Shown one piece after another: positions 63,498-64,000 of a DNA stretch of 64,000 bases. The position numbers were made by a program, and so were the translations under genes. Under the pieces are notes generated by a model. That model did not search any database. It was not told where the DNA came from and was given only the letters and a program-made list of their open reading frames with translations. Origin of the DNA: an uncultured delta proteobacterium (GTDB lineage Bacteria; Desulfobacterota; Desulfobacteria; Desulfobacterales; JAFDCJ01); contig CAVYNY010000010.1 of the NCBI GenBank assembly GCA_963769935.1, positions 1-64,000 on the forward strand. Direction: 5' to 3'. Within the stretch, counting starts at the first letter, position 1, and every line of letters starts with the position of its first letter.

Positions 63498-63833
63498 ATG
63501 TTCAAGGCCAGCTTAATTCCGGCGGAATTTAAGATCGCCGCCCTTAAAAAGGAAATTCACGCCGGCTCAATCCGGTATATCGACTGGTTGTTTCCGGGCA
63601 TTCCGGCCATGAACATGATGTCCAGCGCACTGTGGAGCGTGGGTTATGTGGTGGTGCGGTATCGCCAAAACGGCGTTTTAAAGCGTTTGAAAGTGACACC
63701 GTTAACGGCCCTGGCCCTGTCGCGCATTTTTCTGCTGATGTTTACCCTTGTGGTGGTCTGGGTGGGTTGCGATTTGATTTTTGCGGTTCGAGTTGTCGGG
63801 TCTTACCTGGACCGGATATTTTGCGGGGCTTAA
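63498..63833 (+). pseudogene. ABC-2 type permease fragment
   Basis: YIDWLFPGI, LKRLKVTP; too short and appears internally deleted. Confidence 0.6.
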
Positions 63834-64000
63834 TAGTTCTGCTTTTAGGGATAAACTCAGTGACAAAATGGTTGGAATGGACCAAGGCTGCGATTTTTAT
63901 ATAGATAAAAAGCGGAATCATAGCCCAATGAAAGGGACTGACCGGTATCTGGCGGCTAAAATCTTTAACCATATAAACGATAAAGGCGAGCAGGACCAAT

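Noticed and set aside
1..64000. Pyrrolysine TAG read-through, tRNA/rRNA genes, integron integrase
   Set aside because: None recognised by eye; absence not verified computationally

Overview
Bacterial window whose gene content suggests an anaerobic deltaproteobacterium of the Desulfobacterales type (inference). Left ~28.6 kb: an accessory mosaic with about 11 attC-like sites and cassette-sized genes but no integrase in view, toxin-antitoxin modules, a TIR-domain protein, transposase remnants, a tctCBA transporter and a TetR-led catabolic cluster around a very divergent two-subunit B12-dependent acyl-CoA mutase. Right ~35 kb: mostly housekeeping and energy genes, namely sucA (frameshifted)-sucB-lpdA, cydABX plus cydDC, cysE-cysK, xth, citrate synthase, glutaredoxin/ferredoxin-thioredoxin reductase, two tandem cooS genes, a PAS-sigma54 activator and mobB. 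Main signals the ORF track misses: three in-frame TGA codons, each at a redox or catalytic Cys-type position and followed by a SECIS-like hairpin. They are an alkyltransferase with PUHRV (5580-5897), a UGSC protein (25900-26442) and its upstream partner with a possible C-terminal CxxU tail (24789-25841). All assignments are by eye and from memory; no searches were run.
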